From the NCBI GenBank assembly GCA_963662315.1, contig OY759353.1:608001-672000 (forward strand): a DNA stretch of 64,000 nucleotides, in the 5' to 3' direction. Of the stretch, positions 17,460-26,629 are shown piece by piece (positions within the stretch are counted from its first letter, which is position 1; every line of letters begins with the position of its first letter). The translations under genes and the position numbers were made by a program. The DNA is from Geopsychrobacteraceae bacterium. GTDB taxonomy: Bacteria > Desulfobacterota > Desulfuromonadia > Desulfuromonadales > Geopsychrobacteraceae. The notes beneath the pieces are model-generated. The model ran no database searches. It was not told the DNA's origin and worked only from the letters and a program-made list of their open reading frames with translations.

Positions 17460-18650
17460 TTACTTATCTGAGAGGGCGACTACGCCGGGCAGTTCTTTGC
17501 CTTCCAGAAACTCCAGGGATGCCCCACCGCCGGTACTGATGTGGGTCATTTTGTCCTGCAAGTTGGATTTGTTGACGGCTGCTACTGAGTCGCCGCCACC
17601 AATAATTGACAGGCAATCCGACTCAGCCAGGGCTTCAGCAATGGCAAAAGTACCTTTTGCAAAAGCATCGAATTCAAAAACCCCCATGGGACCATTCCAG
17701 ACGACAGTTTTTGCCGTTTTGGCCTTGGCTGCATACAGTTCTATAGTTGCCGGTCCAATATCCAGTCCCATGCCGGTAGCAGGGAAGGCATTACTGCTGG
17801 CAACACTAAAAGGACTGTCTGCCGCAAATTTTTCAGCGACCAGGTGGTCGGTAGGGAGTAAAAATTCAACATTTTTGCTTTGTGCTTTGGTTAACAGTTC
17901 TGCAGCAAGGCCGAGGCGGTCTTCCTCAACAAGGGATTGGCCGATTTCGAGACCTTGTGCTTTCAGGAAAGTATAGGCCATACCACCGCCGATCATTATG
18001 GTATCTACTTTTTCAAGCAGGTTCTCAATGACAGTAATCTTGTCGCTGACTTTAGCGCCGCCGATAATGGCGACGAATGGTCGCTGGGGATCAGCAAGGG
18101 CACTGCCCAGATATTTGAGTTCTTTTTCCATGAGATAGCCGGCAACGGCTGGTGAAAGCAAACGGGCTACCCCTTCAGTAGAGGCATGGGCACGGTGGGC
18201 AGTGCCGAAAGCGTCATTGACGTAAATGTCACCCAGGTTGGCAAGTTGCTGCGCAAATACTGGGTCATTTTTAGTTTCGCCAGCATGAAAACGGACATTT
18301 TCCAGTAACATGACTGAACCGTTGGTCATCTGTTGGCTTAGCAACTCAATGTTCGGGCCAATACAGTCAGGAGCCATGATAACCTGCTGGTTGATCAGGC
18401 CACTTAGATATGTTGCTACGGGACAGAGGCTGTAAGCTGGATCGGGAGACCCTTTGGGGCGGCCCAAGTGGGAAGCCAGGATAACTTTGGCGCCATTGTC
18501 TACCAGATAGTTAATGGTGGGCAGGGCAGCGCGGATGCGGGTGTCATCGGTAATTTTACCTGTAGCGTCTATGGGTACGTTAAAGTCTACTCGGCAAAAA
18601 ACGCGTTTTCCGGTTACCTGAATATCTTCAATAGTTTGTTTCTGGAACAT
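17460..18650 (-). CDS. pgk: Phosphoglycerate kinase
   Basis: [48 protein letters not shown] 18650 preceded by AAGGAG. Confidence 0.98.
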   Translation of the reverse strand: MFQKQTIEDIQVTGKRVFCRVDFNVPIDATGKITDDTRIRAALPTINYLVDNGAKVILASHLGRPKGSPDPAYSLCPVATYLSGLINQQVIMAPDCIGPNIELLSQQMTNGSVMLLENVRFHAGETKNDPVFAQQLANLGDIYVNDAFGTAHRAHASTEGVARLLSPAVAGYLMEKELKYLGSALADPQRPFVAIIGGAKVSDKITVIENLLEKVDTIMIGGGMAYTFLKAQGLEIGQSLVEEDRLGLAAELLTKAQSKNVEFLLPTDHLVAEKFAADSPFSVASSNAFPATGMGLDIGPATIELYAAKAKTAKTVVWNGPMGVFEFDAFAKGTFAIAEALAESDCLSIIGGGDSVAAVNKSNLQDKMTHISTGGGASLEFLEGKELPGVVALSDK

Positions 18651-18964
18651 GGAAACTCCTTTATCTTTGATTGTTGGTGTGAATATTAACAAAAAGTAGA
18701 AGTGGTAGAAAGTGTTGAGTGCGCATAAAATCAAGATCAATACTGGCAGGTCCAGCCCCACCTGCCGGTTTCATTGCTTCCAACGCTGAAAAAACGGACC
18801 CAAATAATCTATCAAAAACAATTTCTCTGCAGATGCTTAGTCGAACCTATTCTTTTCTGTTACATGAGTCGCCTGAACAAGCCGCCTACACTTGAGGCAT
18901 AGGGTGGTCTCCTTTCCATGGCGTAAACCGCGCCCCCGGTCTTGATTGTTAATTCAAAAGAAAA

Positions 18965-18992
18965 ATTCTATATCAAAATTTAATTGTGGCAA
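18965..18992 (-). promoter_or_regulatory. Candidate sigma-70 promoter for the pgk-tpiA leader
   Basis: Minus strand TTGCCA-N16-TAGAAT. Confidence 0.5.
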
Positions 18993-19143
18993 GTTATTCT
19001 CATATTCGAGATTCCTGGAAAATATATGTTTCTAAAACACTTTTTCGATGCAAATTCCTTAAATGACGGCAGTTTTATTCTTGCAGCAAAGTCATAATTT
19101 AGGTATAAGGGCAACGCTTTCAGAAGACGAAAGGGCGTTTATT

Positions 19144-19920
19144 TTGCGGGTATGTTTGCTGGCCAGTGGTAGCCGTGGCAATTGTGCATTGATTGAGGCG
19201 GATGAATGTCGGCTGTTGGTTGATGCTGGGTTGTCCGGTAAAGAGACGGAACGCAGACTGGCAACGGTTGGATTAAGTTGTGACGACCTGCATGCTATTC
19301 TTGTGACACACGAACATCATGATCATGTCGGCGGTATCGGTCCGCTTGCTCGTCGTCATAATCTTCCGGTTTATATTGATCGCCAAACCTATGCTGCAAT
19401 CCCGAAACTTGGTAGTATTGAGAAATTGCATCATTTTTTACCTGGAGAGTCTTTCGACCTGAGAGGAATGACCATTTCTTCATTTTCAACGACTCATGAT
19501 GCAATAAACCCAGTAGGATTTTCTTTTACGTCTTCCGAAGGGAAGATCGGTTTTGCGACCGATCTGGGTATGCCCACCAGGTTGGCGGCTCAGGCGCTTA
19601 AGGATTGTCGTGTACTGGTTCTTGAAGCAAATCACGATGAGCAGATGCTCCAGGATGGGCCTTATCCCTGGCATTTGAAACACCGAATTCGCAGTCGCCA
19701 TGGTCATTTGTCCAATGGCGAGGCAAAGCAACTGTTAAGTGATATTTCCTGGCCGGGTCTGGAGGCTTTATTCCTTGCTCATTTGAGTGAAGAAAATAAC
19801 TGTCCGGATCTGGCTAAACGTTTTTTTACTGAAACATTATTCTCATTTGGGCTTTCGCCGCAAATCATCATGGGCTGTCAGGATCAGGTCAGCGCCTGTT
19901 TTTTTGCCGAAGGAGCTTAA
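19144..19920 (+). CDS. MBL-fold hydrolase, YycJ/WalJ-like
   Basis: LASGSRGNC, THEHHDH, HDA, TDLG, LEANHD, GHLSN, AHLSEENN. Probable TTG start. Confidence 0.88.
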   Translation: MRVCLLASGSRGNCALIEADECRLLVDAGLSGKETERRLATVGLSCDDLHAILVTHEHHDHVGGIGPLARRHNLPVYIDRQTYAAIPKLGSIEKLHHFLPGESFDLRGMTISSFSTTHDAINPVGFSFTSSEGKIGFATDLGMPTRLAAQALKDCRVLVLEANHDEQMLQDGPYPWHLKHRIRSRHGHLSNGEAKQLLSDISWPGLEALFLAHLSEENNCPDLAKRFFTETLFSFGLSPQIIMGCQDQVSACFFAEGA

Positions 19921-19956
19921 GTCCACACTGTAAATCGTTACACGATGGAGCGTTAC

Positions 19957-22938
19957 ATGGCTTTTAGAATCGTTGTCGGCCTAAAGGATGGTGTCAAGGA
20001 TGCCAGAGGTGAGCGGGTCAAACGTGAGATTCAGGAACATCTCGGGCTGCGGTTAAGTCTTGTCAGAACCCTTGATGTCTATACTGTTGATACCGAACTG
20101 AGTGAAGAGGAACTGATAAAAGTTGCCGGTGGGCCTTTTTCTGATCCGGTCATTCAGGAATATGCCATCAACAAACCCCTGGCAAGCAATTTCGATATAT
20201 TGATCGAAGTTGGCTTTCGTCCTGGAGTTACCGACAACACAGGGAGAACCGCCAAAGAGGCGATTCAATATATTACCGGGCGTAAATTTAAAGCCGGTGA
20301 GGGGGTTTATACCTCAACCCAGTATCTGCTCAGTGGTCTGACCGATAAGGCGCTGGCTGAAAAGGTGGCCCGTGATTTTCTTGCTAACGGCTTGATCCAG
20401 CGTTGGACGATCTTGGGTGTTGCTGAACTTGATCCGCAAACCGGTGTGCCTGTTACGGTGCCGAAGGTCGTTAGTGATACAGAGCCCAGCGTTACGCACA
20501 TTGACATGGCTATCAGTGATGATGATTTGCTGGCTATCAGCCGTGAAGGGATGCTGGCTCTTTCGCTTGAAGAAATGAAGGTCATTCAGAAGCATGTCGC
20601 TGATCCTGCCGTCATTGCTGAGCGAGAGAAAGTCGGGCTGGGCAGCAGCCTGACTGATGTTGAACTTGAGGCATTGGCTCAGACCTGGAGTGAACACTGT
20701 AAGCACAAGATTTTTTCGGCCAAGGTTAATTACGAGGACGAGCAGGGCAACCGTCAGGAAATCAACTCGTTGTTCAAAACCTACATTGTCGGTGCCACCA
20801 AAAAGGTGCGGGAAAATCTGGCCGAAAAGGATTTTTGCCTCTCGGTGTTTAAGGACAATGCCGGTGTTATCGAATTCAATAAAGACTGGAGTGTTGTCTT
20901 CAAGGTTGAGACTCACAACTCCCCCAGCGCTCTGGATCCTTACGGCGGCGCGCTGACTGGTATTGTTGGCGTCAATCGCGATGGTATGGGAACCGGTATG
21001 GGCGCGCGCCTGATTTTCAATACAGATGTGTTCTGCTTTGCTTCACCCTTCCTGAAAAAGGAATTGCCACCACGCCTGTTACATCCTCGGCGTATTTATG
21101 AAGGGGTTGTTGAAGGTGTTGAGCATGGTGGCAACAAGAGTGGAATCCCGACGGTTAACGGCTCGATTCAGTTTGACGACCGTTTTGCCGGTAAGCCTCT
21201 GGTATATTGCGGTACCGCTTCTTTTATGCCGCGGTTGCTCAATGGGAAACCCTGCCACGAAAAGAAAGTTCAGGTCGGTGATCATATTGTCATGACCGGT
21301 GGGCGTATCGGTAAAGACGGTATCCATGGAGCAACATTTTCCTCTGAAGAGTTACATGAAGGGTCGCCGGTGACGGCCGTTCAGATTGGGGATCCGATTA
21401 CTCAGCGTAAAATGTTCGATTTTCTGATTATTGCTCGAGATCGGGGCCTGTTTAATTCCATTACCGATAACGGCGCTGGAGGGTTGTCTTCCTCTGTTGG
21501 AGAAATGGGTGAGGATACCGGTGGTTTTGAGTTGCATCTTGACCGTGCCCCACTTAAATATCCTGGTTTACGCCCTTGGGAAATCCTGATTTCCGAAGCT
21601 CAGGAACGTATGACTCTTGCCGTGCCGCCGGAAAAGCTTGAGGAATTCTGCAAGCTGGCCGATGAGATGGATGTAGAAGCCACCGATCTGGGGATCTTCA
21701 CTGACTCCGGTTATTTCCACTGCCTCTATGAGGGGAAAACCGTATCTTACCTGAGCATGGAGTTTCTGCATGAGGGCTTGCCGCAGATGGTTCTGCCTGC
21801 CAAGTGGCAGCCCAAAGGCATTGAAGAGCCGGTTCTGATGCAACCACAGGATCTGGCAGTTGAAATTCGCAAGATGCTATCCCGCCTCAACATCTGCTCC
21901 AAGGAGTCGGTAGTCAGACGTTACGATCATGAGGTCCAGGCTGGCACGGTTATTAAGCCACTGGTCGGGGTTGCCAATGACGGTCCTTCTGATGCCGCTG
22001 TTTTCAGGCCGTTGCTCGATTCGTTTGAGGGAGTTGTTACGGCTCATGGTATCTGTCCGAGTTACAGTGATATTGACACCTACCATATGATGGCTTGTGC
22101 CATTGATGAAGGTTTGCGCAACTATGTTGCTGTCGGTGGCAATATTGACCATGTTGCCGGGTTGGATAACTTTTGCTGGTGCGATCCGGTTGAGAGCCCT
22201 AAAACTCCTGATGGCGCCTACAAGGCTGCTCAGTTGGTGCGTGCCAATCAGGCGCTGTACGATTACTGTGTTGCCTTCGGCGTGCCCTTGATTTCCGGTA
22301 AGGATTCGATGAAAAACGACTACCAGATCGGTGAGAGCAAGATTTCGATTCCACCGACGGTACTCTTTTCTGTGATCGGTAAAATTGACGATGTCCGTCA
22401 ATCGGTATCAATGGACGTCAAGCGTCCAGGAGACCTGGTTTACTTGCTTGGTACCACACGCGATGAGCTTGGCGGCTCGGAATACTACGCGGAATATGGT
22501 GCCCTGGGTTGCAATGTCCCCAAGGTTAATGCGGTCGAAGCGTTGCAACGTTACCGGACCCTGAACCAGGCTCAAAGGCAGGCGCTGATTGCGTCCTGTC
22601 ATGATCTTTCCGACGGTGGTCTTGGGGTGGCTCTTGCTGAGTCGGCCTTCGCTGGTGGTTTTGGCCTGGATATTGACCTGGCCAAAGTCGATGTGGACGG
22701 TGTTCGTCGTGAAGACAGCATCCTCTTTTCTGAATCACAAAGTCGTCTGTTGGTTACGGTTCGGACTGAAAATCAGGCTGCTTTTGAACAGCTGTTTGCC
22801 GGTCAAAGCTGTTGTGCGATTGGCACGGTCAGCGCTGATACCCAACTTAAGATTACCGGGCTGCAGGGAACGGTTCTGGTGAATGAGTCCCTTGAAGCTC
22901 TGAAAGAGGCGTGGCAAGCGCCGTTGCGGGAGATGTAA
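19957..22938 (+). CDS. purL: Phosphoribosylformylglycinamidine synthase PurL (N-terminal PurS-like extension)
   Basis: QTWSEHCKHKIF, KVETHNSPS, DNGAGGL, SEAQERM, HDLSDGGL. GGAG before ATG 19957. Confidence 0.96.
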   Translation: MAFRIVVGLKDGVKDARGERVKREIQEHLGLRLSLVRTLDVYTVDTELSEEELIKVAGGPFSDPVIQEYAINKPLASNFDILIEVGFRPGVTDNTGRTAKEAIQYITGRKFKAGEGVYTSTQYLLSGLTDKALAEKVARDFLANGLIQRWTILGVAELDPQTGVPVTVPKVVSDTEPSVTHIDMAISDDDLLAISREGMLALSLEEMKVIQKHVADPAVIAEREKVGLGSSLTDVELEALAQTWSEHCKHKIFSAKVNYEDEQGNRQEINSLFKTYIVGATKKVRENLAEKDFCLSVFKDNAGVIEFNKDWSVVFKVETHNSPSALDPYGGALTGIVGVNRDGMGTGMGARLIFNTDVFCFASPFLKKELPPRLLHPRRIYEGVVEGVEHGGNKSGIPTVNGSIQFDDRFAGKPLVYCGTASFMPRLLNGKPCHEKKVQVGDHIVMTGGRIGKDGIHGATFSSEELHEGSPVTAVQIGDPITQRKMFDFLIIARDRGLFNSITDNGAGGLSSSVGEMGEDTGGFELHLDRAPLKYPGLRPWEILISEAQERMTLAVPPEKLEEFCKLADEMDVEATDLGIFTDSGYFHCLYEGKTVSYLSMEFLHEGLPQMVLPAKWQPKGIEEPVLMQPQDLAVEIRKMLSRLNICSKESVVRRYDHEVQAGTVIKPLVGVANDGPSDAAVFRPLLDSFEGVVTAHGICPSYSDIDTYHMMACAIDEGLRNYVAVGGNIDHVAGLDNFCWCDPVESPKTPDGAYKAAQLVRANQALYDYCVAFGVPLISGKDSMKNDYQIGESKISIPPTVLFSVIGKIDDVRQSVSMDVKRPGDLVYLLGTTRDELGGSEYYAEYGALGCNVPKVNAVEALQRYRTLNQAQRQALIASCHDLSDGGLGVALAESAFAGGFGLDIDLAKVDVDGVRREDSILFSESQSRLLVTVRTENQAAFEQLFAGQSCCAIGTVSADTQLKITGLQGTVLVNESLEALKEAWQAPLREM

Positions 22939-22940
22939 GC

Positions 22941-23759
22941 ATGGCAAAAAAAGTCAAAGCAATCGTTATTGCCGGGTATGGCACCAACTGTGAGCGTGAG
23001 GTTGCTCATGCCTGTCGTCTCGCTGGAGCGGATGCCGATATCGTCCATATCGCCGAATTGCTGGCCGGACGTGTTCAACTGGATAATTACCATTTTCTGA
23101 ATCTGGCCGGTGGGTTTCTCGATGGTGATGACTTGGGCAGTGCCAAAGCCGGGGCCAATCGCCTGTTGAATGCTGCTGTTGCCGGTTCTGAGGAGACCCT
23201 GGCTCTGCACCTGCAACGTTTTATTGCAGATGGTAAGCTGGTTATGGGGGTCTGTAACGGGTTCCAGTTGCTTGTCAAGATGGGGCTATTGCCATCCCTT
23301 GACGGGACTTTCAATCAAAATTGTACCCTGACGTACAATGATGGCGGTCGTTTTGAAGATCGTTGGTGTTGGTTGACCGCTGACAAGGACTCGCCATGCA
23401 TTTATACCAAGGGCATTGAATCTATCTACCTGCCGGTACGTCATGGGGAAGGGAAATTTGTCACCATTGATGATGCAACGTTACAGGAACTTGAAAAACG
23501 TCATTTGACGGTTCTGAAATACGCAGATAGTGCCCTTAGTCCAACCATGGTCTATCCTGCCAATCCGAATGGCAGTGTTCATTCTATTGCCGGTATCTGT
23601 GATCCGAGCGGCCGGTTATTCGGCCTGATGCCGCACCCCGAAGCCTATATTCATCGAACCCACCATCCACGCTGGACACGCGAAGAATTACCCGAAGAGG
23701 GGATGGGGCTGTGGCTGTATCAAAATGCTGTCCAATTTATCGAGAAAGAACTGCTGTAA
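22941..23759 (+). CDS. purQ: FGAM synthase glutaminase subunit PurQ
   Basis: GTNCE, GGFLDGDDLG, GVCNGFQ, HGEG, MPHPE. Confidence 0.96.
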   Translation: MAKKVKAIVIAGYGTNCEREVAHACRLAGADADIVHIAELLAGRVQLDNYHFLNLAGGFLDGDDLGSAKAGANRLLNAAVAGSEETLALHLQRFIADGKLVMGVCNGFQLLVKMGLLPSLDGTFNQNCTLTYNDGGRFEDRWCWLTADKDSPCIYTKGIESIYLPVRHGEGKFVTIDDATLQELEKRHLTVLKYADSALSPTMVYPANPNGSVHSIAGICDPSGRLFGLMPHPEAYIHRTHHPRWTREELPEEGMGLWLYQNAVQFIEKELL

Positions 23760-23785
23760 AACGCAGAGAAGGAGCCGTAAGGCCT

Positions 23786-25195
23786 ATGTTTGACAAGTTA
23801 CATGAAGAATGTGGTGTGTTTGGTATTTTTGGTCACCCAGAATCGGCAAATCTGACTTATCTGGGGCTATATGCTCTACAGCATCGCGGTCAGGAAAGTT
23901 GTGGCATTGTTGCTTCCGATGGTACGCATCTTAAGGCTCATCGTGGCATGGGACTTGTTTCCGATGTGTTCAAGCAGGATGACATTTTCGCCAAGTTGCC
24001 AGGCGACTCAGCTATTGGACATGTGCGCTATTCAACTGCAGGTGGCAATGATTTCAAAAACTGCCAGCCGATTATGGTCGACTATTCCCGTGGCAGCATT
24101 GCCGTAGCTCATAACGGTAACCTTGTCAATGCTCAGGAGATCCGCAACGCTCTTGAACAGTCAGGTTCGATCTTTTCCACCACGGCCGATACCGAAACCA
24201 TCGTTCACCTGATCGCCAGGACCCAATCGGACTCACTCATTGAACGGGTGTGTACCTCTCTGAATCAGGTCAAAGGCGCTTACAGTGTTGTTTTTCTGAC
24301 TGAAACACGCATGATAGCCGTGCGTGATCCGAATGGCTTTCGCCCCCTAAGCCTTGGTAAACTCGATGGCGCCTATGTTGTAGCTTCCGAATCATGTGCC
24401 TTTGATCTTATTGAAGCCGAGTATATCCGTGAAGTAGAACCGGGAGAAATGATTGTTATCGATAAGAAGGGGATGAAATCCATATTTCCTTTTAATCAGG
24501 ACGCGTGCCATACCCCATGTGTTTTTGAATACATCTATTTTGCCCGTCCCGATAGCCGTATTTTTGACCGTATGGTGTATCCGGTGCGTAAAGAATTTGG
24601 TCGTCAGTTGGCGCGCCAGTTCCCGGTTGACGCTGATCTGGTCATGGCCGTACCCGACTCCGGGATGCCTGCCGCCATGGGCTATGCCGAAGAGGCCGGC
24701 CTGCCGTTTGAGTTGGGCTTGATCCGCAACCATTATGTTGGGCGTACCTTTATCGAACCTCAGCAATCGATTCGGCATTTTGGTGTCAAGCTGAAGCTGA
24801 ATCCTGTAAGAGAGATCATTGAAGGAAAGCGGGTGGTCGTTGTTGATGACTCCATCGTACGTGGAACCACGTCACGCAAAATTGTCAAGATGATCCGTAA
24901 TGCCGGGGCCAAAGAAGTCCACGTACGTATTTCCAGTCCGCCAACCAGTTTCCCATGTTTTTACGGGATTGATACGCCCTCACGGAAAGAACTGATTTCA
25001 GCTTCGCATACCATTGATGAAATTGCTCGATATATTACCGCTGATAGCTTGAGTTACCTGACTCTTGACGGTCTACATGCTGCTTTGGAGAATACCGGTG
25101 GTAAGGTGTCTGGTTTCTGTGAAGCCTGTTTCAGTGGCAACTATCCGGTTAAGTTTCCTCGTTTGACCGAAGACAATCAGTTAGGACTATTCTGA
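23786..25195 (+). CDS. purF: Amidophosphoribosyltransferase
   Basis: EECGVFG, LQHRGQES, GHVRYST, VVDDSIVRGTT. Confidence 0.97.
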   Translation: MFDKLHEECGVFGIFGHPESANLTYLGLYALQHRGQESCGIVASDGTHLKAHRGMGLVSDVFKQDDIFAKLPGDSAIGHVRYSTAGGNDFKNCQPIMVDYSRGSIAVAHNGNLVNAQEIRNALEQSGSIFSTTADTETIVHLIARTQSDSLIERVCTSLNQVKGAYSVVFLTETRMIAVRDPNGFRPLSLGKLDGAYVVASESCAFDLIEAEYIREVEPGEMIVIDKKGMKSIFPFNQDACHTPCVFEYIYFARPDSRIFDRMVYPVRKEFGRQLARQFPVDADLVMAVPDSGMPAAMGYAEEAGLPFELGLIRNHYVGRTFIEPQQSIRHFGVKLKLNPVREIIEGKRVVVVDDSIVRGTTSRKIVKMIRNAGAKEVHVRISSPPTSFPCFYGIDTPSRKELISASHTIDEIARYITADSLSYLTLDGLHAALENTGGKVSGFCEACFSGNYPVKFPRLTEDNQLGLF

Positions 25196-25247
25196 TAAAT
25201 CAAACATTTAAATTGAAACTTTTTAAATAGATTCAAGGAGAATTGGT

Positions 25248-25799
25248 ATGAGTGTAAAGGATGAATTGAAAGAAATTATTCGCGCAATGTCCTATGAAGA
25301 GCGCGAGGTAACTCTGGCTTCTGGACGTAAGAGTAACTTCTACTTTGATGGTAAGCAAACCACTTTGCATGCCCGCGGAGGTCTGTTGACCGGTCAGGCT
25401 TTCTGGAACGAGATTAAGAAAATCGACGATCAGATCATCGGTGTTGGCGGCTTGACCATGGGCGCTGACCCGATTGCTACCGCAACTTCAATTGCAGCGC
25501 AGCTGGAAGGTTTTCATGTCCATGCGTTCCTGATCCGTAAAGAACCTAAAGGTTACGGTACTGGTCAATGGCTCGAAGGGCGTAAGAACCTGCCAGCAGG
25601 GTCCCGGGTTGTTATCGTTGAGGATGTTACCACCACTGGAGGATCATCCATGAAAGCCGTTGAGCGTGCTCAGGAAGAAGGTCTGGTGGTTGCCGGGATT
25701 GTCACTCTGGTTGATCGTGAGGAAGGGGCACGTGAGGCGATTGAGGGTGCCGGTCAGATTTTGCGCGCCGTATTTACCAAGAGTGAAATTGTTGGTTAA
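25248..25799 (+). CDS. pyrE: Orotate phosphoribosyltransferase
   Basis: TLASGRKSNFYFD, IRKEPKGYG, VEDVTTTGGS. Confidence 0.93.
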   Translation: MSVKDELKEIIRAMSYEEREVTLASGRKSNFYFDGKQTTLHARGGLLTGQAFWNEIKKIDDQIIGVGGLTMGADPIATATSIAAQLEGFHVHAFLIRKEPKGYGTGQWLEGRKNLPAGSRVVIVEDVTTTGGSSMKAVERAQEEGLVVAGIVTLVDREEGAREAIEGAGQILRAVFTKSEIVG

Positions 25800-25823
25800 T
25801 ACAATTGTAAATCTGCATGAGAT

Positions 25824-25858
25824 GAAAAAAAGCCCGGCACATAGTGTCGGGTTTTTTT
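25824..25858. terminator. Intrinsic terminator after pyrE (bidirectional)
   Basis: A7-GCCCGGCAC-ATA-GTGTCGGGT-T run. Confidence 0.8.
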
Positions 25859-25893
25859 AATTCTTTTAGCACATTTCAAAATCAAAACTAAAG

Positions 25894-26065
25894 TCACGGG
25901 GGTTCGTCCCCGCCCGGCGAGTTACCTTTTATCCAGAGCAATAAAAGGTAACCGAAAACTGCTCTTTTAAAAAACACTCTGGTGCTAGCGTCGTTAGTTC
26001 AGATTACCTCCAGCGATCTACAGGCCGGCCTGACGGCTCAAACCCGCCTGAAGGCCAGAATCGCA
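25894..26065. repeat. Structured intergenic element (hairpin with pseudoknot potential), MITE/REP-like
   Basis: 12-bp perfect stem 25921-25932/25941-25952 whose loop AGAGCA complements TGCTCT 25960-25965. Single copy in this window; boundaries approximate. Confidence 0.45.
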
Positions 26066-26086
26066 AATGGCTGCACCATTAATTAT

Positions 26087-26296
26087 TCATTCCTCTTTAG
26101 GAATCTTGTAAACATCCAGCACCCCGCCCATGCCCAACAGTACTTCTCGCTCTACCGCATCTGTCCCGCCAACAACACCAATAATAATCCGGTCGGCGCC
26201 GGTTGATTGGTGAAAGTCACAATCCTGATCTACCAAGTACTGTTTAACTTCCTGTAATTGGCCATCATCAGCAGACTTCTTCATAATAACCAACAT
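26087..26296 (-). CDS. Stand-alone ferredoxin-like regulatory domain of type I-beta DAHP synthase
   Basis: MLVIMKKSA....LQEV...L........HQSTGADRIIIGVVG....MGGVLDV..I, 69 aa, no catalytic barrel. Confidence 0.7.
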   Translation of the reverse strand: MLVIMKKSADDGQLQEVKQYLVDQDCDFHQSTGADRIIIGVVGGTDAVEREVLLGMGGVLDVYKIPKEE

Positions 26297-26572
26297 TTAC
26301 CGGCCTCCTTTGCTGTGGGAGTGCTCAAGGCTCCGGCTTTCATCTATAACTCGCTCAAACAGTCTGACGACAGCAGCGTTATCCAGTGGTCCCGGGTTTA
26401 ATTGCTGCATGCGCTCAAAGATTAATTTTTCACGGCTTGGGTCATAAACCGGCAGGTTTTGTTGTTTTTTTAGCTCACCAATTTCTAGAGCCAGGGCTGC
26501 CCGTTGGTTAAATATTCGCAGCAGTTCATCGTCCAGTTGATTGATCTTTTTGCGAACGTTGTCAATATCCAC
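26297..26572 (-). CDS. Chorismate mutase, type II (AroQ), monofunctional
   Basis: DNVRKKINQLD.ELL..FNQRA..A.EIG..K......VYDPSRE. GTG 26572 preceded by AAGGAG. Confidence 0.88.
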   Translation of the reverse strand: MDIDNVRKKINQLDDELLRIFNQRAALALEIGELKKQQNLPVYDPSREKLIFERMQQLNPGPLDNAAVVRLFERVIDESRSLEHSHSKGGR

Positions 26573-26629
26573 CTGATTCTCCTTAAGCTCAGTTTCCGTT
26601 GACGATAATTCCAAGTGTGCCGCAGGTAA

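Noticed and set aside
18821..18847. 6S RNA (ATTTCTCTGCAGATG resembles the E. coli ssrS 5' end)
   Set aside because: Similarity stops after about 15 nt, no complementary 3' end is visible, and the zapA context is absent.
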